NCBI GenBank assembly: GCA_918797485.1
Contig: CAKKNE010000002.1
Span: forward strand, 682,001-746,000
Length of the DNA stretch: 64,000 bases
Origin: Pelagomonas calceolata
Lineage: Eukaryota
Direction of reading: 5' to 3'
The notes below the pieces were generated by a model, which ran no database searches, had not been told where the DNA came from, and saw nothing but the letters and a program-made list of their open reading frames with translations. Position numbers and translations under genes: made by a program. Each line of letters starts with the position of its first letter. Position 1 is the first letter of the stretch. Positions 31,756 to 42,094 of this stretch are shown here, in pieces.

Positions 31756-33765
31756 ATGGGGACCGACGAGGGCTCCTTCGTGCCCTCGGCCACCTACCAT
31801 CTCAAAGGCGACGGCGACGACCTCGACCGCTTCGACCCGGACACGGCGGCCCGCGCGCTGCCGCAGCCCGAGCGGCGCGTCGCGCGCGTGCTCAACGGCA
31901 TCGTCGGCGACGCCTGGGCCAAGATCGAGGAGCGCCACCCCGACGTCGTCGTGTCGCTGAGCGGCGCGCAGCAGAAGGGCCGCGAGCTCGAGACGGCGGC
32001 CGTGGCCACGGCCGTCGCGCGGCCATCATCAAACGTTACGGCGGCGCGCTGGGGCGGCGACGGGCCAGCTCCTGTGCTCATCGTGGGGACGGCCGCGGGC
32101 CAGGTTTTGTTGTACGAGCCCGTGGCGACGACCGGCTACGTCCAGGACGCCGAGTCGCAGGCGACGCTCGTGCCCTTCGAGGCCCTCGACGCGGAAGACG
32201 CCGCCGAAAACGAAGAGGACGAGGAAACCGAGCCCGCCGGGCCGGCGCCGATCGGCGCGGTGAGCGCCGTCAGCCAGCGCGAGCCGAACGCGCCGTGTCG
32301 GGTGGTCGTGGCCGCCGCCGACGACGCGCGCGTCGCCGTCGTCGAGGTCTACCCGTCGGACTGCGAGGAGGGCCCGCGGCTGCAGCTGCTCACGACGATC
32401 GAGGCTCAATCAACTGCGAGCGCGGTCGTCCTGTCCCGCGACGGCCGCTGGCTCGCCGTGGCCTCCGCCGAGAACATTACGCTGCACCGCCTCCCCGAAG
32501 CTCGGATGGAGGAGGAGCCGGCGGCCCTCGGGCAGATATCGGAGGAGGCGGCCCAGGAGGAGTTCGACGCGTCCGTGGCGGAGATCGCCAAGGTCGCCTT
32601 CGTGCTGCCCGCGTCGGGCGCCGTGCCGACGCTGCACTGGGTCTTCGCCACCCCAATGGAAGCGACGTCGCTGCTCGTCGTCAAACCCGACTCGCACGTC
32701 GTCGCGAAGTATGGCCTGCGGGCGGACGCGGAAGACGGCGGCGCGCCGCCCCTCTACGCGGCCTGGCAGATGGCGGCGAACGTGAGCGCGTCCTGCCTCC
32801 TGCAGGATTCAGATGGGACGAACTCGATCCTCGCGCTCGGCCTCGCGAGCGGCACCGTGCTCCTGTGGGATCTACAGATAGACATGTGCCGCGAGGTGCT
32901 CAAGCGCCACGAGAAGGCGGTGTCCGCGTTAGCGGTCCACCGCCACAAGTACCTCATCGCGGGCGCGGCCGACGGCCGCGTCCACATCTACGACCTGGCT
33001 GCGGGGCCCAATCTAAGTCCGCAGTTGATCGCGGTGCGCTCCGATCTGACGGCTCCGGTGCAGGACCTGGCCTGCCTCCGCGACGCGGCGCTCGCCGTGG
33101 CGCGGGACGGCAAGGGTATCCTAGCTCTGTACGACCTCGCGCGGAGCGCTTTATTAGGACGACTGGCCCTGGGCTCGGGCGACCGCGACGACCGCGCGCC
33201 GGCGGCGGCCGCGAGCACGGGCGCTGACGCCGTCGTCGCGTCGTCTGAGACGAACGACGCAGTGCACGTCTGGGCGGCCCACGGCATCGTGCTCCAGCTC
33301 TGCCCCGGCGTCAATGCGGCCGCCGGACCTGAATCGGATCCGTTGACCATCCTACGGCTCTTCGCGCGGCCCGACGAGCCGCTCCCGCCGCCGCTCACGC
33401 AGAACACCGTCGCGACGCGGACGTCCCTGCCGTCGCGGCCCGGAACCGGATCCCGGCTCGGCACCGCCTCGACGAAGCGGTCCGTGACGGCGTCGACGCG
33501 GAAGGGGTCGCCGACGGCGTCACGGCGCGCGTCGAGGTCCTCGCGCCGGCCGAGCCGCGAAGGGGACCTCTTCGGCGAGCTCACGCAGCAGAACGTCGAA
33601 ATTGCCGAACGGGAAGAACCAGGCTTGCGTGGCTCGGCCTTCGTGGACCCGCTCGACCTCGCCGCGGACGCGATCGCTGAGGCAGCTGAAGGGCGCGTCC
33701 GCCGCGAGGCGGCGCTCATGCACTCGCTCGCGGCCATGGCGAAGGCTCACGCGGCGGCGGAGTAA
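31756..33765 (+). CDS. WD40-repeat protein
   Basis: Contains LALGLASGTVLLWD and LKRHEKAVSALAV...LIAGAADGRVHIYD. Confidence 0.8.
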   Translation: MGTDEGSFVPSATYHLKGDGDDLDRFDPDTAARALPQPERRVARVLNGIVGDAWAKIEERHPDVVVSLSGAQQKGRELETAAVATAVARPSSNVTAARWGGDGPAPVLIVGTAAGQVLLYEPVATTGYVQDAESQATLVPFEALDAEDAAENEEDEETEPAGPAPIGAVSAVSQREPNAPCRVVVAAADDARVAVVEVYPSDCEEGPRLQLLTTIEAQSTASAVVLSRDGRWLAVASAENITLHRLPEARMEEEPAALGQISEEAAQEEFDASVAEIAKVAFVLPASGAVPTLHWVFATPMEATSLLVVKPDSHVVAKYGLRADAEDGGAPPLYAAWQMAANVSASCLLQDSDGTNSILALGLASGTVLLWDLQIDMCREVLKRHEKAVSALAVHRHKYLIAGAADGRVHIYDLAAGPNLSPQLIAVRSDLTAPVQDLACLRDAALAVARDGKGILALYDLARSALLGRLALGSGDRDDRAPAAAASTGADAVVASSETNDAVHVWAAHGIVLQLCPGVNAAAGPESDPLTILRLFARPDEPLPPPLTQNTVATRTSLPSRPGTGSRLGTASTKRSVTASTRKGSPTASRRASRSSRRPSREGDLFGELTQQNVEIAEREEPGLRGSAFVDPLDLAADAIAEAAEGRVRREAALMHSLAAMAKAHAAAE

Positions 33766-33900
33766 GTGTCTTCCTAGAGACGTCTCGATTGGATTGGATT
33801 TTTTGTTACGGGGAAGGAAGGAGGTTCGCGAGCGCCGGCCGGAGGTGCCGGGCGGCGGTCGCGACGAAGCGAGCGCGTCGCGGTCGCGTGCGCGGGGCGT

Positions 33901-34602
33901 CTACTCCCGCGCCTCGCGCGGGTCCGGCCCGCACCAGTCCGGCGCCGCGTCGAAGAAGTACTCGAGCTGGTCCGCGACGGGCACCTCGCGGCCCGCGAGG
34001 CGGTGGTGGAGCTCCGCCCACTCGACGCGGTTCATCGCGACCCAGTCCGCGGGCGCGTAGGACCCCCAAAAGTGCGCCGTGCGGTCGTCGACCTGGCGCT
34101 GCGCGATGGCTCGGACGTCACCGTGTTTCTTGATGAGCGTGCGCGCCGCACCGATGTACTGCGTCCATTTCCGGTCGTGGAGCGGGCTCGTCGCGACGTT
34201 CGCGCCCCACAGCTCGTCATCGGCCTCAGCGACCAAAATCTTCGCCTGCTCCGCCAGACACGACACGTGCGCAAACCCCGCCGTCCCGCGGCACGAGCAC
34301 CCGCGCACGAGGCCCTCCTTTGTTTTCCAGTGGAGAGCTTGGGTGCAGATGTAACACGTCTGGCCCTTCGTGTCCTCGGCGCACGCCTCGACCGCGACCG
34401 CGACGGCCTCCTTGTATTTTTTGTCTGCATTAAACTGTTCTGCGTTGCCGCCGCGGTGTATCTTCTTACACATCTGCTTGTGGCCGCGGCGCCAATGGTC
34501 ATGCTGGCAAGTCGAGTCACAATAGCGGGTCCAGCATCTAACACAACGCGGCGCGTCGTGGGCCAGTGGGGCGGCGCAGGCGGCGCAATTTGTGAGGATC
34601 AT
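33901..34602 (-). CDS. MYND zinc finger plus partial RINGv protein with unrelated C-terminus (chimeric)
   Basis: Full MYND finger CAAC...CVRC...YCDSTCQHDHWRRGHKQMC. The RINGv lacks its final CxxC, and the sequence diverges from the paralog after ILVAEA (34220). Confidence 0.7.
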   Translation of the reverse strand: MILTNCAACAAPLAHDAPRCVRCWTRYCDSTCQHDHWRRGHKQMCKKIHRGGNAEQFNADKKYKEAVAVAVEACAEDTKGQTCYICTQALHWKTKEGLVRGCSCRGTAGFAHVSCLAEQAKILVAEADDELWGANVATSPLHDRKWTQYIGAARTLIKKHGDVRAIAQRQVDDRTAHFWGSYAPADWVAMNRVEWAELHHRLAGREVPVADQLEYFFDAAPDWCGPDPREARE

Positions 34603-34664
34603 TTTGGCGTGGATGGGGCGTCGAGAGGTTCGTCGCGCGTCGACAGAGATTTGGGGAGCAGTTT

Positions 34665-34689
34665 GCTAGTGTCTCTTACGCTCGCTAGC
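34665..34689 (+). promoter_or_regulatory. CTAG dyad intergenic element
   Basis: GCTAGTGTCTCTTACGCTCGCTAGC, between divergent ATGs 34602/34862. Confidence 0.7.
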
Positions 34690-34861
34690 TAAACAGACTC
34701 TCCGGCTAGATTGTGCGCGAGTAGACGGCAATCACACGCCGCATCACTCCGTAGACAAGCGCCAGAGTACGCATTCGTGCACGCCACCAGCTTGCACTTG
34801 AACAACACCATCAATTCGCATCGGTCTGGACAGAGAGCACAGTGCAGTGCAGAGCTGCAAG

Positions 34862-35917
34862 ATGGCTGAACTCGACGCCACCGCCGTTTCAATCGAGAAA
34901 ATTCTCGCCGCCTGCACCGCCGGCGATACCGCACGCGTGCGGGACCTCTTGGATGCCGGTGCACCCGCATCAGCGCAAGAAGAATCAACAGGCGAGAGCG
35001 CGCTCATGCGGGCGGCAGCAGCCGGCAGCGCCGAAATTGTAGCATTACTGCTGGAGCGCGGCGCGCCCTGGAACGCGCTCGATAGAAAAGGAAGGTGTGC
35101 CGGCGAGTTTGCGGTGGATGCGCAGTCGCAGGAATGCGTCGACCTCCTCGTGAACGCGGGCGTCCGCGCGCAGCTGCTGTTTGGCATATTGGACGGCGGC
35201 GCCTCCACGGAAGACCGATCCAGCGAAGAATATCTGGCGACGACGGCGTCGTTCAAGGACGCGGACACGCTCGTCGATGATAATGGAGACGCGGTCATGA
35301 TGGAGTGGGAAACACCCCTCATGGCCGCGCACGCCGACGTCTGCGTCGGGGCGTTTCCCCACGATGCTTGTGGTCACCTGAAGGATCGGAATGACTTAAG
35401 GGTGTTGAACGTGGGACACGGTTTAGGCATCGTCGACGGTTTTTTGCGGAATTACGCATCTCGAATCGCGGCGCATTGTGTCATCGAGCCGCACCCGGAC
35501 GTCCTGAAGCGTGTAGATTCTCAAACGGAGAAGTGGGCGGGCGTTACTTTTAGACGGGAGACGTGGCAGGAGTCTTTGAGGGATGAAAAATTCGGGCCCT
35601 TCGACGCGATCTTCTTCGACACGTACGCGGAGCGCTACGAGGACATGCGCCAGTTTTTTAGGGCGCTGCCGCGCATCCTCGCCAAGGGCGGCGTCTTCTC
35701 GTTCTTCAACGGCCTCGCGCCCTTCAACCCGTTCTTCCACGGCGTCGCCTGCGAGTTCGTCAAGTGCGAGCTCGATTCCATAGGATTGGACTGCGACTTC
35801 GTCCCGTTGCAAGTCGACCAATCCGCCCACGACGACAAAACGTGGGACGGCGTCAGGCGGCGCTACTGGCGCTTCGACGCCTACCACCTGCCCCTCGCGT
35901 CACATAAAACAACATAG
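34862..35917 (+). CDS. RMT2: Ankyrin-repeat protein arginine N-methyltransferase 2 (Rmt2/GAMT-like)
   Basis: N-terminal ankyrin repeats with GAPWNALD, then AVMMEWETPLM, VLNVGHGLGIVD, IEPHPDV, FDAIFFDTY and FSFFNGL. Confidence 0.9.
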   Translation: MAELDATAVSIEKILAACTAGDTARVRDLLDAGAPASAQEESTGESALMRAAAAGSAEIVALLLERGAPWNALDRKGRCAGEFAVDAQSQECVDLLVNAGVRAQLLFGILDGGASTEDRSSEEYLATTASFKDADTLVDDNGDAVMMEWETPLMAAHADVCVGAFPHDACGHLKDRNDLRVLNVGHGLGIVDGFLRNYASRIAAHCVIEPHPDVLKRVDSQTEKWAGVTFRRETWQESLRDEKFGPFDAIFFDTYAERYEDMRQFFRALPRILAKGGVFSFFNGLAPFNPFFHGVACEFVKCELDSIGLDCDFVPLQVDQSAHDDKTWDGVRRRYWRFDAYHLPLASHKTT

Positions 35918-37720
35918 TTATCTCAATTGCAACTGCTTGCGCGCCTTCTCGGACGCGGCCAACATGGCCTCGAAGCCCTCCTTCGCCTCGACTGTCTCCT
36001 CTTCCGACGCCTCGCTCTCCGGATAATAATCCGCGAGGGACCAGGGCCCCGGCTCCGGCACGACCTTCCGCCGGCCCTCGTCGTCGGACGACTCCGCCTC
36101 CTCGCGGAACTCCTCGCAGGCGCCCCGCAGCAAGTCGGCGAGGGACGAGACGCCTGCCGGCTCGCGCGGATACGAAGAACCGCCGAGGACCCGTCTATAC
36201 TGAAAATCGCGGGCCGTTTCCGTCTCCCACTCTCGTAAATTTTCATCAGAGACGCTCAGGTCGTGCTCGCCGGCCAGCGCCGTGATGGGTATTTTGAGCG
36301 GCCAGTCGGCATCATGTACATGAGACTCGAGCAAGCGGTAGTCCCGCCTCACGCCCTTCGCCGCGACCCTTCGTAGTGCCGCGCTCTCTTTCAAAGGCCC
36401 GGGCAGATCTTGCAAACGGTACTGGTTCAAGGCGCGGCGTCTTCTTAATCTTTGAACTTCGGGCCACTGGACGGCCTGCCACTGCTCGAGATGCTCCGGA
36501 GGGGGTTCCTCGTCCCGGTCGTCATCTGATAAAGGCGGTTGTTCGTTCGGGTCGCGGCCCGCTCGCAGTCTACAAGCGTAGAAGAGGAGGGCGATGTCGT
36601 CGCGCTTGCCGAGCGGTAACGGTGGAGGCGCATTCGACTCTTGAGAAGGGTGGTCGGCGGGCGGCGGGCCCGGCGGGCCCCCGAACAAAGCTGGAGGCGG
36701 GCAGCCCGACACGACGAGCCGTCTGGGTAAGAGTGGCGAGCGCGGGTCCTCGTCGACGGCGATGATCCGCCGCACGAGCTCGTAGGCCAGCACCGCGCCG
36801 ACGCCGTGGCCATAGAGCATCCACGGCCTTTCATCATCGAAGAAACCTAGAGCATGTAACGCGTCGTGCGCGTCGCGCGCCCACTTTCGTAATTCACTCT
36901 GTTCTGGTTTGGGTTCGTTCGTGACGACCGAGAACCGTTGCAGCGGGTCTTCATCTTCCTTTTTCTCGTATTCCGGCTCGGGCCCGTCTCCGACATCTTC
37001 GTCGCCCCGATGCAACCGACCAGGCACGCACAATGCTGACACTTCAGCTAGATCATCCAACGCGCCCGCCAAATTCGCTGCTCCGGAAAAACCCATCCCT
37101 ACATCCGCGACACAAGCCACGATCCTCCAGGGGCAGTCCGGCCGCGGCCCGAGCGGCCGCGCGACCCACTTCTCCGCCCGTCTCAGTTGTATTTCCACCG
37201 AATCCTGCGTGAACCTCGTTTCCACACTCTTCTCCAACGTATCCACTTTGGTGGACATCTTGGTGGGGCTCATCAACGACTTTTCTAGTCTAGATTGCCA
37301 GGCGGGCTTCTCGTCCTCGACGAGTAATCTCTTCGCGAGTTCCTTGTGTTGCAAAGTGTCGTAGTGGTCCTGGTAGAAGTTGTGGGCCCTCTCATATTCC
37401 TCCTTCGTGTGTTTTGGTGGAACCGCCCCACTATGCATCGGGCTTCTATCCGGTATCCTCCCCATATGAACTGGGGTGGTTTGGTACGTGCCTCGAGCTT
37501 TCCTAAATAACTTCCCCAAATTCCTACGATCCCAGAGCTCCATGCGATTCTCGACGCCCGAGTGCACGTAAGCTAACGGGTCATTGGACTGTTTATTCTT
37601 CTTCTCCTGCTCCGCCAGCACGTTGGCCAACCTCTTATCAGCTTGCTCCGCGTTGATTTCGATAATGGCCTTGTCGTCGCGCCACTTGGCGTTGGAGAGG
37701 CCGCCGATCGGGGCTGCCAT
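35918..37720 (-). CDS. Protein with type II thioesterase-like domain, catalytic residues apparently lost
   Basis: Contains LYGHGVGAVLAYELVRR, LVVSGCPPP, PITALAGEHD and WETET...F...VLGGSSY. Confidence 0.7.
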   Translation of the reverse strand: MAAPIGGLSNAKWRDDKAIIEINAEQADKRLANVLAEQEKKNKQSNDPLAYVHSGVENRMELWDRRNLGKLFRKARGTYQTTPVHMGRIPDRSPMHSGAVPPKHTKEEYERAHNFYQDHYDTLQHKELAKRLLVEDEKPAWQSRLEKSLMSPTKMSTKVDTLEKSVETRFTQDSVEIQLRRAEKWVARPLGPRPDCPWRIVACVADVGMGFSGAANLAGALDDLAEVSALCVPGRLHRGDEDVGDGPEPEYEKKEDEDPLQRFSVVTNEPKPEQSELRKWARDAHDALHALGFFDDERPWMLYGHGVGAVLAYELVRRIIAVDEDPRSPLLPRRLVVSGCPPPALFGGPPGPPPADHPSQESNAPPPLPLGKRDDIALLFYACRLRAGRDPNEQPPLSDDDRDEEPPPEHLEQWQAVQWPEVQRLRRRRALNQYRLQDLPGPLKESAALRRVAAKGVRRDYRLLESHVHDADWPLKIPITALAGEHDLSVSDENLREWETETARDFQYRRVLGGSSYPREPAGVSSLADLLRGACEEFREEAESSDDEGRRKVVPEPGPWSLADYYPESEASEEETVEAKEGFEAMLAASEKARKQLQLR

Positions 37721-37923
37721 GGTTGTCTTTGGCCTGCCTGGGGCTGCTGCAGGTGTCACGAGTGCGCTATCCGGTTTTGGGCTGCCCGGTTCCCAGAGCT
37801 ATTTTTTAGACTGCCGACGGCTGGACGGCTGCGCGGCGGGGGAAACGCGAATCTGCCGAGCTATACGCGCTTCTCCGACCGACTTGCGCGCGAGGGCAGC
37901 CCTCCGTTGCGCTCACGGATTTT

Positions 37924-37947
37924 GCTAGTGCCTTACATGCCGCTAGC
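37924..37947 (+). promoter_or_regulatory. CTAG dyad intergenic element
   Basis: GCTAGTGCCTTACATGCCGCTAGC, between divergent ATGs 37720/38125. Confidence 0.75.
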
Positions 37948-38124
37948 TAATTCCACGCGCCGCCTCGCGATTCTATAGAGCGCAGGCGCATTCACGAGCG
38001 CTACAGTAGCTCATTGCTGCATTCTTTTGCAGCCCAACAAGCGCGCTGCCTTTTGCCGCATTGCAAAGCGCGAGCTCTTCGCACCAAAAGCAGTCAACAC
38101 TCGCCGCCTCGACAGCAGCCAACC

Positions 38125-39183
38125 ATGGCCGACTTCTCGCTCGGCCCGAGTCAAGCAGACGCCGATGCCTTCATGAGGGAAGCACAACAAAAACCAGAAA
38201 TCAACGACGACGACGAGACCGTCGCCCCCGACCATCGGTCCGAGGGCCCCGTCGTGACTATTTTAATAGGCATGGCTGGGTCTGGCAAGACTACTTTATT
38301 CCACAGATTACACTACGACGCCCAGGAGAAAGGCCGGAGGTGTTATTTCGTGAATCTAGATCCCGCGGTCCTCGAAGTACCCATCGAGCCCCAGATTGAT
38401 ATTAGGGATACCATAGATTATAAAGGAATCATGACGGAGTACAAGTTGGGACCGAACGGCGCCATCGTCACCGCATTGAATTTGTTTGCCACACAATTTG
38501 CGGACGTCATGACGATCCTCGAGAAACGTAAAAATGACTATGAGCACATTATCGTGGACACGCCGGGCCAGATCGAGGCCTTTACCTGGAGTGCGTCGGG
38601 GCAATTGATCGCCGAGTCGTTAGCTTCTACGTTCGCTACCAATGTGGTCTATGTGGTGGACACACCGCGAACAAGTGCACCAGCAACATTTATGTCGAAC
38701 ATGGTGTATGCTTGCTCTATATTACACAAGTACCGTTTACCGCTCACAGCGGCCTTCAACAAGTGCGACGTCGCGGACCACAAGCCCATGTTCGATTGGA
38801 TGGAGGACTTCGAGGCGTTCCACGAGGCTTTGGATCGGTCTTCCCAGGATTCTCCCGATGGGGCGGGGTATGTCACCTCATTACATCGGTCCATGTCGCT
38901 GGTGCTGGATGAATTTTATCGCGTGTTGGATCGGGTCGCGGTGTCGGCCGTCGACGGGAGCGGCATCGACGAGTTGTACGAGCGCATGACGTCGTCTCGC
39001 GCGAAATATGATGAGACGTACGGGCGGGAGCTGGAGCAGAGGATCGCGAAGAACAAAGCAAAAAGGGAGAAGATCGCCGCCGAGGACCTCGCTCGGTTGC
39101 AGCGCGACATGGCGTCGGACGATTCCGAGATAGTGCCGGGCGCCGCGTCGCAGGCCGCGAAGGAGGGGCGGCGGCTCCCGTAA
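38125..39183 (+). CDS. GPN1: GPN-loop GTPase 1 (XAB1/Npa3)
   Basis: Contains GMAGSGKTT, NLDPAV, LGPNGAIVTALNLF, DTPGQIEAFTWSASG and TFMSNMVYACSILHK. Confidence 0.95.
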   Translation: MADFSLGPSQADADAFMREAQQKPEINDDDETVAPDHRSEGPVVTILIGMAGSGKTTLFHRLHYDAQEKGRRCYFVNLDPAVLEVPIEPQIDIRDTIDYKGIMTEYKLGPNGAIVTALNLFATQFADVMTILEKRKNDYEHIIVDTPGQIEAFTWSASGQLIAESLASTFATNVVYVVDTPRTSAPATFMSNMVYACSILHKYRLPLTAAFNKCDVADHKPMFDWMEDFEAFHEALDRSSQDSPDGAGYVTSLHRSMSLVLDEFYRVLDRVAVSAVDGSGIDELYERMTSSRAKYDETYGRELEQRIAKNKAKREKIAAEDLARLQRDMASDDSEIVPGAASQAAKEGRRLP

Positions 39184-39268
39184 GTAGTTTTTCCCTCGGA
39201 TACGCCGTCGCCGCGATACCTCGGGAAACAGTAACTCGATGGCGATGGTTACCGAAACTCACATTAGG

Positions 39269-40792
39269 TCACAAGTCGGCGACGCGCGCCGCCGCGGGCG
39301 ACACGTAGCCGTGCCAGAGCGACGCGCACGCCGCGACGCCGCGGCCCGCGGCGCAGAGCGGGAACCGCGCGAGGCAGGCCGACGCGAAGAGCGACGTCGT
39401 CGAGTTGAAGCGCGCGAAGCGCGCGTCGCCGCAGGGCGCCCGCTTCCGGCAATAGTAGATGCGCCGGTCCATGAGGCCCGAGAGCTGTTGGTCCAGTTCG
39501 CAGCCGCCGCTCACGTGCCCCGTAGGAGTTAACGCAGCACCATGCGTCGTCCACTGTTCTGCATATGACGCAGAAAGGCGCCAGGGCTTCAGCTCGCCCG
39601 TGAAGTGGAGGACGAACGCCTCGTCGGCGAGCGGAGCGACGAAGAGATGGAACTTTTGGCGGAAAGTGCCCACCCTCCGTAGTTCCTTCCTCAACATTTT
39701 ATGCGGCGCAACAAAGTTGACCGCCTCGAACTCCGACAGGCCGATGTCCACCCGGCCTAGTCCGCGGACATTAAACCTCAAATCCAATTTCGCATACCGC
39801 CCGCCCAGCGCCAGCAGAAACGGCGGCTGCGACACGCCGCCCCGCCACAGCCTCGCTCCACACTTCACGTAGGCCTCGACCAGCGATTCGATGGCCAGCG
39901 TCAAACCCAGAGCTCTCCAACGCTCCGGATCGATGAGCACCACGCCTCGGTTAAAGACACAGGTAGAAGCGTTGAAGTCGTAATGCCGGGACAGGCCGCC
40001 CATCGCCTTGCGCTTCAGTAATCTGTTGAGCAACTGAAAATTCACGTATTTCTCGAATTTCTGGGAACAATCTTCGACCGCCGCCACGGCCTTGCCTCCC
40101 AACTCGTAATGCTCCAACGCTCGCACGACGTCGCGCTGCACCAGGACATCCGTATCTAAGTACAAAATGCGTTTCGCTTCCAGCACGTGCGGCAAATAAA
40201 AGGCCGCGAAGTTGAAGGGCGACAGCAGCTCCCGCCGCCGCACGCGCGCCGCGGCCGCCGCGCCCACGGCTGAAGCGTTGCTCAACAACCTCAACTTCGC
40301 GAGGGCCGGCCGCTGCACCAAGAGCTGCGTGAAGCCGCCACAAACCCTAACTTTCTGTGCCAAACCCGGTGGCAGGTCTCTAGCGACGCGGGGGTGCCGC
40401 AGCAACCCGAGGAGCCTTCGCGGCCGCGTCGTAACCACCGCGAACTCCGGCAGTGTGGAGGCGTGGTGCGCCGTCGAATTCAACACAGCAAGGGTCGGAA
40501 GCGGGTCGGGCGTGTCGTAGGCCAAGGCGACGACGAAGCTGTCCCTCCTATGAAAGCGCTCGGCCGACGGCGCGGCGTACTCGCAGTGGCGCTCTTCGTT
40601 CCAGGTCATGTCCCTCGTTAAAGCATCATTGGAATACGTGTTCGAAGCTTCGCTCCGCGTCCACGACGGCGCGAAGCCCTGCTTGACCTTGAGGCTCTTC
40701 TGTTTCTGCCGCCGGAGCTGCCACTTCGTCAGGGGCTTTTGGGCGGCTGCCTGCCCGGCCGCCGCCGCCCACCACCACCAGGTGTGGCGCAT
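39269..40792 (-). CDS. Glycosyltransferase family 8 protein
   Basis: Contains FYLPHVL..KRILYLDTDVLV, AVEDC, FNRGVVLID, SQPPFLL and LHFTGELKPW. Confidence 0.85.
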   Translation of the reverse strand: MRHTWWWWAAAAGQAAAQKPLTKWQLRRQKQKSLKVKQGFAPSWTRSEASNTYSNDALTRDMTWNEERHCEYAAPSAERFHRRDSFVVALAYDTPDPLPTLAVLNSTAHHASTLPEFAVVTTRPRRLLGLLRHPRVARDLPPGLAQKVRVCGGFTQLLVQRPALAKLRLLSNASAVGAAAAARVRRRELLSPFNFAAFYLPHVLEAKRILYLDTDVLVQRDVVRALEHYELGGKAVAAVEDCSQKFEKYVNFQLLNRLLKRKAMGGLSRHYDFNASTCVFNRGVVLIDPERWRALGLTLAIESLVEAYVKCGARLWRGGVSQPPFLLALGGRYAKLDLRFNVRGLGRVDIGLSEFEAVNFVAPHKMLRKELRRVGTFRQKFHLFVAPLADEAFVLHFTGELKPWRLSASYAEQWTTHGAALTPTGHVSGGCELDQQLSGLMDRRIYYCRKRAPCGDARFARFNSTTSLFASACLARFPLCAAGRGVAACASLWHGYVSPAAARVADL

Positions 40793-40936
40793 GCTATGTG
40801 CAGCGCCCCGCTACGATCAGTTTCGACGAATGTGCTGCCCCGTGCGGTGCCCCACGCGATCAGTTTCGACGAATTATCGATCTCTCACGCAGCCCTAGTG
40901 CAAATTTGGGCCATGCGGCCACGGCTTGCTGTTTTT

Positions 40937-40959
40937 GCTAGAGTCTTACGACCGCTAGC
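40937..40959 (+). promoter_or_regulatory. CTAG dyad intergenic element
   Basis: GCTAGAGTCTTACGACCGCTAGC, between divergent ATGs 40792/41163. Confidence 0.7.
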
Positions 40960-41162
40960 GCGCCTTTTTCCCCGGCCGCTTTTATCGGGCATTCAAGCGC
41001 TGCAGAGCGTACGCATCATATAGCAGTAGCGCATCGCTGCCGCAATTGACGTACGGTCCTCAGCAACGAGGTGTCGTAAACTGTGCAGAGCTCTCTGGCT
41101 GCCACCGGTCGATTGCGCAAGCGTTTCGCGGTCCAAACGCATCGCTAACGGCTCACAAAAGG

Positions 41163-42094
41163 ATGTCCGCCACCACCGTAGCCTTGGACGTCGCCTGCGG
41201 CGGCGTCTCGACGGCCGTCGTCTCGGCGGTCCTGAATCCGACCGACGTCATCAAGACGCGGCGCCAGATCGTCGGGTTCTCCGGCGCGTCGCCGCTGGAC
41301 ATGGCGCGCGCCGTCGCCCGCGCCGACGGCTTAAAAGGACTATGGTTGCCGGGCCTGCAGGCGACGGTCCTGCGCGAGCTGCTGTACAGCGGCTGCACGA
41401 AGGGCCTCTACCCCTATGCGCGCGACGCGGTCGCTGGTGAAGAGGACGCGTCGCTCGCGCAGCGGGCGCTCGCGGCGGCGCTGACCGGCTTCGGGGGATC
41501 ACTCTGCGCGAACGCCGTCGACGTGGTTAAAGTAAAGCAGTTCGACAGCGGCAGCAACCGGAGCGTCGTCGCGGCGATGCGCGACGTCGCCCGTGCCGAG
41601 GGCGTCGTCCGCGGGCTGCTCGTGCGGGGCGTGTCGGCGTCGGCGCCGCGCGGCGCCGCCATCGCGATCGGTGAGGTGACTACCTACGACTACGCGAAGT
41701 CGCGGCTCGCCCGGCACCCGGCCTTCGCGCGCGACGAAGAAGGCGCCGAGCCCTTCTCGCTGCACATCGTGACCTCGGTGATCACACCAGTGCAGAAATC
41801 AAATTTTGCGGCGCTTCTCACGACGCGGCGCCTGCTCGACTGATTGATTGCGCACAGGTGATCACGGGCGTCGTGGCGACGACGGTTGCAGCCCCCTTCG
41901 ACACGATCAAGTCGCGGGTCATGGCGCGCGGCGGCAACGCGTGGACGGCGCTGCGGTCGCTCGTCGCGCGCGAGGGCGCCGCCGCGCTCCTCGCGGGCTG
42001 GTGGCCCGCCTACTGCCGCCTCGCGCCGCACGCGATCCTCACGTTCCCCCTGCTGGAGCAGCTGCGGCGGCTGGCGGGGCTGGAGAATTTTTAA
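41163..42094 (+). CDS. Mitochondrial carrier (SLC25) protein; intron 41778-41857
   Basis: Three carrier motifs: PTDVIKTR, AVDVVKVK and PFDTIKSR. The third is in frame only after removing the intron. Confidence 0.9.
41786..41857. mobile_element. Short internally deleted introner forming intron 41778-41857
   Basis: Perfect TSD GTGATCAC at 41778-41785 and 41858-41865. TIR remnants GAAATCAAATTT and TTGATTGCGCACAG. Confidence 0.85.
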
